Shown here piece after piece: positions 39,776 through 52,200 of a stretch of 64,000 nucleotides of DNA. Under the pieces are notes generated by a model. That model saw nothing but the letters and a program-made list of their open reading frames with translations. It searched no databases and was not told where the DNA came from. The stretch spans positions 245,644,001-245,708,000 of the forward strand of contig NC_067403.1 of assembly GCF_016432865.1 (NCBI RefSeq). Direction: 5' to 3'. The first letter of the stretch is position 1. Every line of letters begins with the position of its first letter. The position numbers and the translations under genes are program-made. Origin of the DNA: Antechinus flavipes (taxonomy: Eukaryota).

Positions 39776-41230
39776 ACAAAGTTTATAAAATTAATATTGC
39801 TAGATATAGATCTTTGGCCTATTTCTTCATGATTCTAAAACCAGGTTTCCATCATCTTTGCAACATTCATCACTTATTTTATACTTTCATTCATTCATAG
39901 GTATCAAATAACTGGCATAGAGACATGATACTCTTACAGCATTCTTTTAATACTTTTAGAACTTCTTTATTGGAGACCTCCAAGAGAACAAAATATGTTC
40001 TTTATTGTTAAATCCATAAAATATTTCAGAAAACTTTAAGAATTCTGATATTCAAATATCTGGTCATTTTACAAATCAGCATGAAAGAATCCAACAAAAA
40101 AGGAATAATGCAAATGATGATTATTCGCTTTCTTTTCTAAATAAATATTCAATAAATATACATGTTTTATATTTTGTTTTAATACTCAACATACTTTGGA
40201 GAAATAATTTCATTTATAACAGATCTGACTTTTAAATCCAAAGATCTCATCTCATATCATGCCTCTGACATTGACAAATCATTTGACATCTAGCCAGTCC
40301 TTAGAACTATTTTATGGGTTATTTGTTGATTAATATCGTTGAATAAATTTTCTAAATTTCCACAATATAAGTTTTCTATGCTAATAAAATTAAAGTCCTC
40401 TGTTATTGCCACTCTCAGCTAAACACATGTGAACATATGCACCCCTACATATACAAACATATATTTATTTATTCTATAAGATAAGGAAACAAATCTAAAT
40501 CTATTTTGGAATATATATTTTTTTAAATAACACAATTTTATACCCTTTGGCATACCTATTGGGTCACATGTTTCTCATCATCATTATAATTCTCCAGAAC
40601 AAATCCTGCTTCATAATTTCTTACACAATGATATAATAAAAAGAAATTAGTAGATAAAGATGTATTCTGAAATTGAAGAGATATAGGCTGTTTTGAAAAT
40701 GACATTAGATACATTAAAATTATATACACATAGGTAACATTTGCATATAACCTTACATATAAATTAAATTAACACTTAATATTAAAAACATCAGTTATCA
40801 AATGGTAGAGCTCATTCCAATATGTGGTAATTGTGTGTGTGTGTGTGCATGCATGTGTGTGTAGCTCAATAATCATGTTGTCTCAAATGTGTCCATAGGA
40901 AGAATAATAGAAGTTAAGAGAATTTTTTTTTTGACTTAGAGCTTTTCAGAAACTTGTATAACCAGGTGGCCCAAAAAGGAAAAAAGAATGGGTATCCAAG
41001 GAGTCCTAAAGTATGTATAGTGTACTTGGTTTATTTGGATGGATAACAAGAAGTTGCATCTTGTGGAAAGTGAAATCATGTTACAATAATTTATCAATGT
41101 AATAATATAAGTTAGATGGTGCTGGTTGAGGTGATTACTGTCATGGTGATATAATTTTATTTACTTTTAGCAATTCTAGAACAACTAAAAATGTTCATAT
41201 CAATACTTATTGTAGATACTAATCCAGAAA

Positions 41231-41340
41231 TATTCCCTGAGGAAATGAAATGAAATGTTGATTTTTTTTGAAAGTTCTCCTGTTCTTTAGGGATTGTGTC
41301 TCATGGGCACCAAGAAAGCCTTAATTTCTCCCTAGTGCAG
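41231..41340 (+). promoter_or_regulatory. Putative OR promoter block for the OR at 43414
   Basis: TTCCCTGAGGA, TTCTTTAGGGAT, TCTCATGGG. Confidence 0.6.
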
Positions 41341-43413
41341 ACAATATCAGGAACTATAGAGGTATAAGATAGCAAGTTTGCTACAGATCATAATTTTCCC
41401 CTTTGTTTTTATTCTCTATAATTTATCTCTAAAAGATGATCATATTCATCAATCCCCAACTTCAGATTTAGACCTCTCCAATACATTCCAGTGACTTCAA
41501 ATGAAAACTAAGTATCCAGGCAACTGCACCACAAATATGAGAGGTAAGCTTATGAGAGTTTTAATTAATATAACCATTTCTGCCTTATCATTCTATCATT
41601 CAAATGTCCCACTTAGTAAGAGAAAGGATTTAATGATAAGAAATAACAGTGACAGTTGGATGGTATCTGGTGCCATTTTTTTCATGTGGAAATTAAATAG
41701 ACAGATAAACTTCCTAGTCAGACATGTTGGTTGAGGATCAAGTCAATGATATTCTTTGAAAGCCTTGATTCAAAGTCAAAATATTCTTGTCACCTTAGTA
41801 AATGTGAAGGCTTATCTATATCGATATTAATGCCAATTTAATCCATTAGAACTAATCAGGTTTGGAGGCAACTATGACTTGGCTAATTAAGGAAGCTAGC
41901 TGGCACAGTGGATAAGAATTCCAGGTCACAGCTTAGTACCACCTAAGTTCAAATCTATCCCCAAATGCTAAGTGAATGACACTAAGCAAGTCATTTAAAC
42001 AGTGTCAGCTATAATTTATTCAAATATAAAATTGAAAGAGCATCTATCTCCCAGAATTGTTTTGAAAGACAATGAGCAATATTTGTATAAGGCTTTGTCC
42101 AGTGGCTAGAACATGGTAAGTACTAAATAAGCCACAGTCAATTATTAGTATCCTTAGTAGTTTTAAATTGACACATACTTTCTCGCTCACACATACATAC
42201 ATACACATGTACACACACATTTGACTTGGGATGTTTTGCATGCCTCAGTCCATAGGACTTTGCCGAATTGTACTGTTGAAATTCCACATATTGGTTTATT
42301 AATTGATTGATTGATTGATTGACTTTTTTTTTGGTAAAACACACGATAGTTATAGGATAGCTAACGGTCATTAAATAGCAGCCAAACAATGAATGCTACA
42401 CAACATATATAAAATTGAGAATAAAATTTTGCTATGGCATTGCCCTAAGCTGGGCTTGTTGGGTATCAAACTCAGACGTTACTCAAGGTATGTAAAAAGA
42501 CCACTAAAATTACCAGAAGAATGTGTCAATGTACTTTTCTCTCTGCATTCCCTTAAGTTAGAGACAATTATAAAGAATGATCCATTTTTTGTTTCATTTT
42601 GGCTACTGACAATTTCAGAGTAGGAATATTTCTGATTTCTACTTTTTATGTAAACTTTATAATGTCTAAATAAGAAATGTCAGCCTCACAAGTTTAATTT
42701 TGCTAGTTTTTTTTAATGTTTTATAGAAAGTGGGAAATAGAGATAGAGGCATTAAATCCCCAGGTGCTAAAAATGGCTCATAATTCATTTTCTATTGCTT
42801 TGACATATTGCCTTCTTAAACCAGATGTAAAGATCAAATCTGAATTTCTTTACTCCTTTTTTAAAGTTTATTGTGTCTTCTCAGCATGATTTCTTTCTTA
42901 GTTTGAGATTAATTGAAGTTATAGGTATCCATGGCTGATGAGCTTTCATTGCACTGACATACCTGAAAGAGAGCTGTCTCCCCTATCTCAGCTCAATTTC
43001 ACTCATTTGTAAATGTCCAGGCAGCCCACAAATGAATTTCTTGAAGTTTTCTCCCACTGTCTCACTCCCCCTCAATCAGATCTTATCATGAATAATAATG
43101 ACTTTAAAAGTCCAAGAAGAGATCCAAAGCATAAATGCTTTTAAGTAACTGTTGAAACCCTGATCAGGAGTTGCTGATATTAACATTTAATGATTCTGAC
43201 ATATCCTTCATTTTATGCTTTAATAGAATTGGCAGAGTATTAGGAGCTAGCTTATACAAATATTTTAATAATTGGAGAATGTATTTTCCATGTACTAAGT
43301 CATTATACTACTTTCATCATCATACCCTTTTGTATCCAGAGGCATATAAATTCCAAAATTTTCATTTTGCAATACTCAACTTCTTTATTTTCTTTCCAGA
43401 TTAGGTTGTTTTG

Positions 43414-44373
43414 ATGGAATTCATGGACAAACAGAATGGAACTTTAGGCACCTTAGTGACTGAATTCATTCTCATGGGAGTTACAGACCGACCAGAACTA
43501 AAGGTCCCACTTTTTGGTGTGTTCCTCTTCATCTACATGGTCACAGTGGTAGGGAATCTGGGCATGATCATCCTAACAAAGATTGATTCTCACTTACAAA
43601 TCCCCATGTACTTTTTCCTCAGGCACCTAGCATTTACTGATCTTGGTTATTCCACTGTCGTTGGTCCCAAAATGCTTGTCAATTTTGTAGCAGAGAAAAA
43701 TATCATTTCCTACAATTGGTGTGCAACCCAACTAGCTTCCTTTGAGATTTTCATTATTAGTGAACTTTTCATTTTGTCAGCTATGGCTTATGATCGCTAT
43801 GTGGCTATTTGTAAACCCCTCCTCTACACAGTCATCATGTCAGACAGGGTATGTTTGGTTCTAGTGGCCATCCCTTACCTCTATAGCACTTTTGTGTCAT
43901 TGTTGGTCACAATTGAAATTTTTATTTTGTCCTTTTGCAGATCCAATGTCATCAGACATTTCTATTGTGATAGTCTTCCCTTGTTGTCCATTGTATGCTC
44001 TGACACACATGAAATAGAATTCATCATTCTCATCTTGTCTGCTTTAAATTTGCTTTCTTCCTTTCTAGTTGTCCTTGTTTCCTATATGTTTATTCTTGTG
44101 GCTATCCTCAGAATGAACTCTGCTGAAGGCAGATACAAAGCCTTCTCTACCTGTGGCTCTCATCTCACTGTAGTGATTGTGTTCTATGGAACCCTTCTCT
44201 TCATGTATTTGCAGCCCACCTCTAGCCATTCCTTTGAGACAGACAAGATGGCCTCTGTGTTTTATACTTTGGTCATCCCCATGCTCAACCCATTGATCTA
44301 CAGTTTGAGGAACAAAGAGGTAAAAGGTGCCCTAAAAAGAGCCGTAGCAAATAAATGCAAACTTCATATTTAA
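43414..44373 (+). CDS. Olfactory receptor, OR8K subfamily (intact), close paralog of 30987-31946
   Basis: Full OR motif set; NGT glycosylation site; acceptor at 43399. Confidence 0.97.
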   Translation: MEFMDKQNGTLGTLVTEFILMGVTDRPELKVPLFGVFLFIYMVTVVGNLGMIILTKIDSHLQIPMYFFLRHLAFTDLGYSTVVGPKMLVNFVAEKNIISYNWCATQLASFEIFIISELFILSAMAYDRYVAICKPLLYTVIMSDRVCLVLVAIPYLYSTFVSLLVTIEIFILSFCRSNVIRHFYCDSLPLLSIVCSDTHEIEFIILILSALNLLSSFLVVLVSYMFILVAILRMNSAEGRYKAFSTCGSHLTVVIVFYGTLLFMYLQPTSSHSFETDKMASVFYTLVIPMLNPLIYSLRNKEVKGALKRAVANKCKLHI

Positions 44374-46214
44374 ACTACAATGTCCAATGGTTCCAATATA
44401 ACTGGAGGTATAGAATTCTTTCATTTCTATCTTTTTTTAAAATTCTCTTTTCTTTATGGAAAACTCTTTTCCCTCTCTCATTCTTGGTTTAAGAAAATGC
44501 ACTATTCCTTGTTATCAGTTAGCAGTGTTTCTACTGGTATGTTTAGGCAAGTTTTGGCAAGTTATAGGGAAACAGAGTTGAACTGGAAACTGAAAAGTTG
44601 GCTTTGACAGGTTTTTAAGAAAAGTTTTCTTTACTAAGTAGCAGAAAAATTCCTGGTTAATACTGTTTCTGTTTACTTTTATTTTTATTTCATTACTGAG
44701 ATTCATACTCACAGAAGAATCCTAGACTTTAAAGTTGCAGACTTTACAGCCTATAATCAATCTTTGCTTAGATCAGCAGGAGATCAGCATTGTACAATGG
44801 GGAAAAAAAGTGCACTGATTATACTATAAGGATGCTTATCTGTTCCACTTTCTATCCATATCACCCTTTGCCAGTAATTCCATTTCTCTTGCCTTTAGTC
44901 TTATGAACAATTATATTGTTGTTATAGATACATTCTAAGACATATTTTATCCTTCTCATTTTAAAACTGTGATTTAACTCAAAGTATATCCAGCACGGAT
45001 AGAAAGATAGAAATTAATTCAGAAGATAAGAAAGCTAATGAGTTTTAGATCCTATGAGAAGATTTTCACAGTGAAACTTTAATTTTCTTCAAATTCCTGA
45101 AACTTTACAATAGATTTAGATATAAATATTTTTAAGGTTACATTTCCCAGAGTAAAAGAAAAAAGAAATCAACCTTGCATTATCTTCGATTCTCTTCAAT
45201 TCACACCACGTTTCTAGTAATATAGATAATGTAAATTAATTATATTTTAATCTATCTCTATAATGAATCTTTGCACTGTAATATCCCAAGAATATATGTG
45301 ACCATGTCTTCCCTTGACCTTATACTGGAATATTGCTCTTTATTTTGTGAATGATCATTTTTTGTAATTTTAATGAACAGTAGCAAAATCATTTCCCACT
45401 TCTTCAAAGGATCACATACAGAGTTTTCTATTTAAAAATTATATCCCTTCTAAGACCACCATGGAATCCTTGAGTAAAATAACTGCATTGTTTCTGTTGT
45501 GTTTTATAGAATAGCTAAATGTTTTACATGAAAGAAGTGCATAATAAATAGTAATTGAATTAGAATCATGTGCTCTGAATCAATTGAATATTCATTCATA
45601 CCTATCTTCCAATATTTGGTTTTATTGTTGTCAATTTAGTTTCAGGGATAACTAAAGATTGATAATATTTTTCTTCTTTCAAGACTATTTGTAGAGATAG
45701 CAAATTTATTTCTACTTTTAAAAAGGTAAGGCTTTAAAAAGAGCGAAATGACTTTTGTCTACTTTGCATTCTGTTGGGTTGGATGTAGGAGTTGCTTTCT
45801 TCAAGTAGAAACCTCTCTGAACAGCCTCACAAATTGTTAAACTATGTATTTCCCACAAGTTTTTTTGTTTGTTTGTTTCCATCACATATATATCCTAAAT
45901 TTGATATTTCTGCTTAAGGTTATTTATCAGAAATCTAGCTTTTTTCCCCAGATGCAGGAATGGCATGCACTACTTTATCTTACATGCTAATTAATCCCTT
46001 TGTATCACATTTGTTAGGATGAAAGAACTCTATTTGAATTGTCTCTAGTTGTTGTTAAGATTTAACATTCTTTTTTTGGATGAAATATTTTGTAGTTTTT
46101 CCTAACCTTAAATCTGCCTCTTTTCAACTTCTATTTATTTCTCCTCAAGACATGACTTCAAAGCCCATCATCTACATTGTTTTGCTCATCAATAAGCTTC
46201 CTCAAATGTGGTAA

Positions 46215-46453
46215 ACTGAGTGGTAAGGAAAAGGAACACACATTTATATAGCACCCACTCTGTGCTAGGCACTGTGCTAAAAACTTTTAAAAAAATGTTT
46301 TTACAAGTCTCACTTGATCCTTACCACAATCTTATAAAGTAGGTCTTTTTATTAATGCATTTATAATTGATTAAAAGAAGCTCAGGGAAATTAAATATCA
46401 TGTCCAGAGTCACACAGCTAACTAAGTATCACAGGCAGGATTTGAACTTAGAT
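46215..46453 (-). mobile_element. MIR, interrupted by a hAT MITE
   Basis: agcacccactctgtgctaggcactgtgcta...ccttaccacaatc..tccagagtcacacagcta..ggatttgaact. Confidence 0.65.
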
Positions 46454-46655
46454 CAGTGGTTCTCAAACTTTTGTTTTCAGTATCTTCATCCTATTAAAAA
46501 TTATTGAGGATCTCTCCAAAGTGTTTTTGTTCATCTGGATCATATTTATAGACATTTACCATATTGGAAATAAAAACTATATTTGAATTTGTAGACCCTC
46601 TAAAAGGGTTTCAGAGATCCCCAGGATTCTCTAGACCATACTTTGAGAACCACTG
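46454..46655. mobile_element. hAT (Charlie-like) MITE, 202 bp
   Basis: Perfect 14-bp TIRs CAGTGGTTCTCAAA / TTTGAGAACCACTG and perfect 8-bp TSD ACTTAGAT (46446-46453 / 46656-46663). Confidence 0.92.
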
Positions 46656-48738
46656 ACTTAGATCTTTTGTATTCTTAGGCCAACATTTTACCTACTACAA
46701 CACCAGCTGCTTATAAATGGAAGATATTTCAATAGTTTTTGTATGACCATATAAGAGTACATCAGGAAATAGAGTACTTTTTGATCAAAATCTTGGTGAG
46801 TCAGTACCCTTGTATCTTGATTTTCTTGTGGTGTGCATTGGAGTAATTTAATAGTCAGTGTTAGTCTTTCCTTTAATACATTCCTCATCAATTTTATCTT
46901 TCTGACTTAGTTTATCTTTAATGTCTGGCTCTGGTTGAGAAAAGACTCTTTGGGCTATTGCTTGACTCATACTATTGCTTTAGATCCACAATTTGCTTTA
47001 CTTCACTTCATAGCTGTAATTCTCTTCTGTAGTCATTTATTTCATCTTTTAATTAGATGTTTAATTTAAAGCCATAGAAACCACACTTACCAAGAAGCTC
47101 ATCATCATATATTGAAATTGTGAAAGAATGCTAAAATACTCTTCATATATCCAATATGATATTGATCAATCATTTTCTTAAAATAGGTACTCCCCTCACC
47201 AATGCAGATTATAGCCCCTCTACAATTATGAATTGGCCATAATCTTTGAGAGACTCTGGTTATCTTTAAAACTATATGACACATTGCAGGAAGACTTCAA
47301 AAGATATTTAATGACCATACTGGGAACCAAATAAATCTTCATGGAATATAAAGGAATTGGATTCTGAACAGGCTTATACAAGTGTAATAAGAAAGATTTT
47401 TTTTCCCCAATGGTTTAGGAATAATCTGTTTTCCTAAACATTTTGTTTATTACTTGTATAACAAGAACTTAACATGAGCCCAGATCACTAAAAATGGAGG
47501 CAATCATATGGGAAGTGTTAAGGACCTGTCTCTGACAGAAGACTTTCGGGGTTCCCTTACCACATAGGTGGTGATAGCCTCTTTATGTTAACAGTATAGA
47601 AGGAACTGGATGAGCCTTTAAAAATAACTTACTAAAACAGTTCTGGCATTCAGAGACAAAAACTTATTTACCCATAATAGGGGCAGCTTTTACCAAGCTG
47701 AGGAAAGAAAGAATGCCTTTCTTTTTGTTTTGCAAGCTGTGGACCCTTATGATTTCTTAGACATGTCAATGGGATCTTTAATCAAGGTAAAAATAAGAGA
47801 TCCCTCATCCAATTAAGAGATCCCTCATCCAACCAAGAGTATCATGCAGTAAAGGATAAAGTTAACTTACTGAGCCTTCAGGTAGTAGAAACTAGAGCAT
47901 TTCCTGTGACACTTGCAAAGTGTATCTCCAAATGCAGACAAAAAAATTTCTTTGATACAGATTAGAGAATAGTTTTACCAATAATTTTATAAATGTTTGT
48001 TGGATCACACTGAACTAGATTGGATTGAAAAAGTGCTCACAAGAACAACCAGAACTTTCAGTTCTATAGAAAACTAGTTTATCCAATAGATCTTTGTTTA
48101 ATGGAAATGAACACAGTTAACAATTCCAATAAAATCTCTGTCTGGATTATCTTGCTGCATTATACGGACATTTTAGATTAAACGCCAGATGTTCCTTCTA
48201 TTCATTATGTGGATTTATTCCACATAAAGAACATATACCTAGGGATTTTGAGGTTCACCTTGATAGTTGAGGGCATCTTCCCTACTGGAATAAGGGACAA
48301 AAAATATTCAAATATTGATGATTCTCAGAGAGTAGGCAAACTTTTACCCTCTAATTATGTCTCTATTCACAGTTTCATTTCTAACTCTGATGTGTGTATG
48401 TATGCTATTTCCCATTTACTCAGCCAATATCAGCTTTTAATTTCATGTCTCAGACAATATTTGCCTCAACCCTTAGTATACTATGACTAATCAAATCCTA
48501 TTCATCTTGAGAAAATGATCCTACTTCACACATAAACAATTCCAACCCATTTACTTGGATAAAATATTTGTTAGATAAAATAAAGAATAACACTAATTAG
48601 TGTTTTTGTATAATATTTAACAGTTGACAAAATGATATATATAAATTATCTGATCTTCATAGAAACTATGTAAAAGAGATACTATTATTGTCTCTATATA
48701 TATGATATATATATGCATATATATATATATATATATAT

Positions 48739-48845
48739 ATTTTTTTGCTAAGGCAATTGGGGTTAAGTGACTTGCCCAGGGTCACATAGCTAGGAAGTTT
48801 GAACTCAGGTCCTCCTGCTTCAGGGCTGGTGTTCTATTCACTGTC
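48739..48845 (-). mobile_element. Short young CORE-SINE (WSINE1-like) with an internal deletion
   Basis: T-tail, ggcaattggggttaagtgacttgcccagggtcacatagctag..tttgaactcaggtcctcc; adjacent (TA)n. Confidence 0.8.
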
Positions 48846-49204
48846 CATAATTTTTAAATGGGAAAATTGAAGCTGAAAAAAAAAGTTGTGTCTTTCTCAG
48901 ATTCTAACATTTTAATTGTCTTGAGCCAAGATTTGAAATCAAGTATTTGATATATAAAGGCCATAAATACATCATTCACTACCATCTTGATGGTCCCTAA
49001 AATAAAAATAAATTAAAGGGTTAAAAAAATACTGTATTGTTTAAGCTCATAACTTCTACCAGATGCAAACAGAGAAAGCAATAGATCAATCTGTTTAATA
49101 TAAATTGTGGATTTAATAAATAATACAGATGCCTGTACCTCCAGAAAAAAAGCAGTAAGATTAATGACTAGTAATTCTTAAAATGAAGAGCTAAGATCTT
49201 CAGT

Positions 49205-52200
49205 GGCAGGGTAGAACCAAGATGGTGAAGAGCATATGAGTGTCTTTGTGACCTTCTCTGAGCTTTCCCTCAAATCAACAGCAGCTTAAGCCTCTGAACT
49301 GGTTTTGAAATGATAGAATCCACAAATATTTGAAGTACAACAAACTTTTAGAAGAGACTATGGAAGAACTTTAGAATAGATCTGTTTAAATTGGGCAAGG
49401 GGAAAGGCTGCTAAGCCCAATCTGCAACATAAAGAGCCCAGGACAGGAACCTAAGATGGGGAGCCAAGATGTTACTGTGGCTATGCACCAAACTCTTAGG
49501 CTCCTCTGTCCTGGTTGCAAGCAGGTGAATAAGCAGATTTGCTCTAAAACATCCAAAAGCAAATACAAAAGGCAAATTATGACCCTCTGAGGCCCAGAAA
49601 AATGTGGGACTTGACTGTGTTCCAAGCTGGAAGTCAGTCAGCAGAACTGTCCTACAATAAACTAAAGCTGCTATTGCCTCTTTTCTTTAAGAGCAGACCT
49701 CAACTTTTTCTAAAAAATGAGCAAAAAAGCAAAAAGAACTTGAACCATAGGAATCATAGGCAGCTTCTCTGGAGAAAGAAAAAAAAAAAAAACAGACTTC
49801 ATACCCTGAGGATCCTAAAATCAAATTAACATCAGATGAAACCTCAAAGGGTGATATGAGTTGGTCCCTATTTCACAAGGCTCTCTTGGGAGAATTCAAA
49901 AAGTATCTTAAAAGAGAGTTAGATGAAAAATGGGGAAAGGAAATGAGATCTTTGCAAAAGGTTACAGAAAAGGAAAACCAGAAATTAACTAAAGAAAACT
50001 CCTTAAAAATAGACTTGATGAAATGAAAAAGCATATAACTCCTTACAAAATAGATATGAAAAAGAAACCAATTCATTGAAAAAGAAAATCTGTGAAATGG
50101 GAAAAAATACAATAAACAAAACACTTCATATACAAGTTCAATTGGCCAAATGCAAAAGGAAATTAAAAAGCTAACTGAAGAAAATAATTCACTAAAAATT
50201 AGAATTGAGCAAATGGAAGGAAATGAATCAATGAGATCTCAAGAATCAGTCAAATAACTTCCGGTTAAGATGGCGGAGAGGAGGCTCACAGTTGCATAAG
50301 CTCTGCGCTTTCTCTCACTATCCACTTCATTACAAGCCTCTGAATCAATGTTTGACTGAAAAAAACCCACATATAGTTACCAAGAGAAGCCATCCTTGAG
50401 ATTCGCCAAGAAAGGTCTGTCTTTACTGGAGGGCTGGGACGGTTTTAGATCGGGCGCAGGCTGAGGGCAGCGGCAGTGAGAGCACGGGAGCAGACTGGAG
50501 AGGGGGTGGGGAGTGATTGCAGCTGTCTCTGCGGGGAGAGCTTCACTACAGGTTTGGATACTTTGCTCCGGCAGCAAGCCAGCAGCCCAGCAGAGAAGCT
50601 AAAAACACCGGGGCTGAAGAATACAACCCCAAACAGCTGGAGTCTCCCGGGACCTGGCCACCCCCCCCTTCCCCCCCCACAGTGACTCAGCACGCTCTGG
50701 GATCTCAGAGCGCACGTGCAACACAGTCCTGCTAGTGCCTCACTGCTTTCCCCTGCAGTCTGGAGAGGAAGCTCGGTAACATACAAATAAAGTCAGACTT
50801 AAATAATTGGAAAAATATTAAGTGCTCTTGGATCGGCCTAGCGAACATAATAAAGATGACAATACTCCCTAAACTAATCTATTTATTTAGTGCTATACCA
50901 ATCAGACTTCCAAGAAAATATTTTAATGATCTAGAAAAAATAACAACAAAATTCATATGGAACAATAAAAAGTCGAGAATCTCAAGGAATTAATGAAAAA
51001 AAAATCAAATGAAGGTGGCCTAGCTGTACCTGATCTAAAATTATATTATAAAGCAGCAGTCACCAAAACCATTTGGTATTGGCTAAAAAATAGATTAGTG
51101 GATCAGTGGAAAAGGTTAGGTTCACAAGACAGAATAGTCAACTATAGCAATCTAGTGTTTGACAAACCCAAAGCCCCTAACTTCTGGGAAAAGAATTCAT
51201 TATTTGATAAAAACTGCTGGATAATTGGAAATTAGTATGGCAGAAATTAGGCATGGACCCACACCTAACACCATATACCAAGATAAGATCAAAATGCGTC
51301 CATGACCTAGGCATAAAGAACGAGATTATAAATAAATTAGAGGAACATAGAATAGTTTATCTCTCAGACTTGTGGAGGAGAAAGAAATTTGTGACCAAAG
51401 ATGAACTAGAGACCATTACTGATCACAAAATAGAAAATTTTGATTACATCAAATTAAAAAGCCTTTGTACAAACAAAACTAATGCAAACAAGATTAGAAG
51501 GGAAGCAACAAACTGGGAAAACATCTTCACAGTTAAAGGTTCTGATAAAGGCCTCATTTCTAAAATATATAGAGAACTGACTCAAATTTATAAGAAATCA
51601 AGTCATTCTCCAATTGATAAATGGTCAAAGGATATGAACAGACAATTTTCAGAGGATGAAATTGAAACTATTACCACTCATATGAAAGAGTGTTCCAAAT
51701 CATTATTGATCAGAGAAATGCAAATTAAGACAACTCTGAGATACCACTACACACCTGTCAGATTGGCTAAGATGACAGGAAAAAATAATGATGAATGTTG
51801 GAGGGGATGCGGGAAAACTGGGACACTAATGCATTGTTGGTGGAGTTGTGAACGAATCCAACCATTCTGGAGAGCAATCTGGAATTATGCCCAAAAAATT
51901 ATCAAATTGTGCACACCCTTTGATCCAGCAGTGTTTCTATTGGGCTTATATCCCAAAGAAATACTAAAGAATGGAAAGGGACCTGTATGTGCCAAAATGT
52001 TTGTAGCAGCCCTATTTGTAGTGGCTAGAAACTGGAAAATGAATGGATGCCCATCAATTGGAGAATGGCTGGGTAAATTGTGGTATATGAATGTTATGGA
52101 ATATTATTGTTCTGTAAGAAATGACCAGCAGGATGAATACAGAGAGGACTGGCGAGACTTACATGAACTGATGCTAAGTGAAATGAGCAGGACCAGGAGA

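Noticed and set aside
47201-48220. Plus-strand resemblance to the rhabdovirus L N-terminus (NADYS, TVL..R..NLF, YDFLDM, LYGHFR)
   Set aside because: The matches imply two mutually incompatible registers and the invariant GHP is missing, so chance is the most likely explanation.
48166-48235. Minus-strand CSLCG...E*KEHL....CP zinc-knuckle-like motif
   Set aside because: Isolated, contains a stop, and has no RT domain upstream.
50377-50786. Antisense and sense ORFs in the L1 5'UTR, as an ORF0-like candidate
   Set aside because: The longest starts at a TTG at the deletion junction; the region is GC-rich; no supporting motif.
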